From NCBI RefSeq assembly GCF_009931435.1, contig NZ_CP043414.1: a stretch of DNA of 64,000 bases, one strand, 5' to 3'. Shown one piece after another: positions 63,174-64,000 of this stretch. The notes below the pieces were generated by a model, which searched no databases, had not been told where the DNA came from, and saw only the letters and a list, made by a program, of their open reading frames with translations. Within the stretch, counting starts at the first letter, position 1. Every line of letters starts with the position of its first letter. Source of the DNA: Escherichia coli (GTDB taxonomy: Bacteria; Pseudomonadota; Gammaproteobacteria; Enterobacterales; Enterobacteriaceae). The translations under genes were made by a program, and so were the position numbers.

Positions 63174-63338
63174 TCACTCCACATCCTCCCTGCGTAACCC
63201 AATATCCCTCAACCGTTCATCACTCATCTGCTGTAACACGCGTCGGGTCTGCATTTGCCGCCGCCAACGCCTCACCGCCTGCCAGAGTTGCACCAGGCCG
63301 ATAAACGGCGCTTTAGCTCTGTTTTCGTGAAATTCCAT
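63174..63338 (-). CDS. yjiS: DUF1127 small protein YjiS
   Basis: 54-aa ORF MEFHENRAKAPFIGLVQLWQAVRRWRRQMQTRRVLQQMSDERLRDIGLRREDVE; below the 60-aa cut-off of the ORF track. Confidence 0.75.
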   Translation of the reverse strand: MEFHENRAKAPFIGLVQLWQAVRRWRRQMQTRRVLQQMSDERLRDIGLRREDVE

Positions 63339-63514
63339 CTGCTGCCTCCTCATCTTTCAGAGGCTTCATCATCCGTCTTCTGGCAGTTCATAATACAGAT
63401 GCAAATATTACTTTTATTTAACATACAGACAGGTTAAAACAACATCTGCATCCGGTTTTTTAGCCTCATCTGTACCGGTTTTTCTCTCTGTATGGTCCAC
63501 ATAAGGAATACAGC

Positions 63515-64000
63515 ATGACGCGTTATCAACATCTGGCGACTCTACTTGCCGAGCGGATTGAGCAAGGGCTGTATCGTCACGGGGAGAAATTGCCGTCGGT
63601 GCGCAGCTTAAGTCGGGAGCACGGCGTCAGCATCAGCACCGTGCAGCAGGCATATCAGACGCTGGAGACAATGAAGCTCATCACTCCGCAGCCGCGTTCG
63701 GGTTATTTTGTCGCACAACGTAAAGCCCAGCCGCCAGTACCGCCGATGACGCGTCCGGTGCAGCGCCCGGTGGAAATTACCCAGTGGGATCAGGTGCTGG
63801 ATATGCTGGAGGCGCATAGCGACAGTTCCATTGTTCCGTTAAGCAAAAGCACGCCGGATGTCGAAACGCCCAGCTTGAAACCGCTGTGGCGGGAGCTAAG
63901 CCGGGTGGTGCAGCATAATCTGCAAACCGTTCTCGGTTATGACTTGTTAGCCGGTCAGCGAGTATTGCGAGAGCAGATTGCCCGCCTGATGCTCGACAGC
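63515..64000 (+). CDS. yjiR: MocR/GntR-family regulator YjiR (HTH + aminotransferase-like domain), N-terminal part; 3' end outside window
   Basis: ATG 63515 gives MTRYQHLATLLAERIEQGLYRHGEKLPSVRSLSREHGVSISTVQQAYQTLE... (GntR HTH) and stays open to the window end; divergent from yjiS. Confidence 0.75.
   Translation, partial: MTRYQHLATLLAERIEQGLYRHGEKLPSVRSLSREHGVSISTVQQAYQTLETMKLITPQPRSGYFVAQRKAQPPVPPMTRPVQRPVEITQWDQVLDMLEAHSDSSIVPLSKSTPDVETPSLKPLWRELSRVVQHNLQTVLGYDLLAGQRVLREQIARLMLDS

Noticed and set aside
63255-63437. 60-aa ORF on the plus strand between yjiS and yjiR
   Set aside because: Overlaps the yjiS coding sequence on the opposite strand and has no ribosome-binding site; the real genes here are yjiS (minus) and yjiR (plus, from 63515).

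Overview
This window is an Escherichia coli chromosomal segment that matches, from memory, the K-12 rob-to-yjiR region (min ~99), read in reverse orientation relative to K-12. About 80% is recognisable core genes: rob (partial), gpmB, yjjX, trpR, slt, ettA, nadR, radA, serB, ytjB, lplA, deoDBAC, yjjI, yjjW, yjjV, yjjU, ytjA, osmY, prfC, yjjG, rimI, holD, rsmC, three tRNA-Leu(CAG) genes, yjjZ, fhuF, bglJ, yjjQ, yjjP, yjjB, dnaT, dnaC, yjjA, opgB, lgoD, lgoR, lgoT, tsr, btsT, yjiX, yjiA, symE, yjiS and yjiR (partial). Four accessory stretches differ from the K-12 layout as I recall it: (1) a HigB/HigA-like toxin-antitoxin pair between ettA and nadR; (2) a five-gene putative D-amino-acid/N-acyl-D-amino-acid catabolic island between tsr and btsT; (3) an immigration-control region with a short-HsdR (Type IB-like) hsdRMS system, no mcrBC and no mrr, and a GmrSD-like gene lacking its N-terminal core next to yjiS; (4) the most interesting feature: a tightly packed, AT-rich three-gene operon (DUF262/ParB-like protein, ABC-type ATPase, 249-aa orphan protein) sitting between yjiA and hsdR where K-12 has mrr. 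I could not assign this operon to any named defence system from sequence alone and propose it as a candidate new anti-phage or anti-modified-DNA module. No IS element, integrase or CRISPR array was found. Coordinates were derived by hand from the ORF track and the sequence; small motif positions may be off by a base or two, and all comparisons with K-12 are from memory, not from a search.
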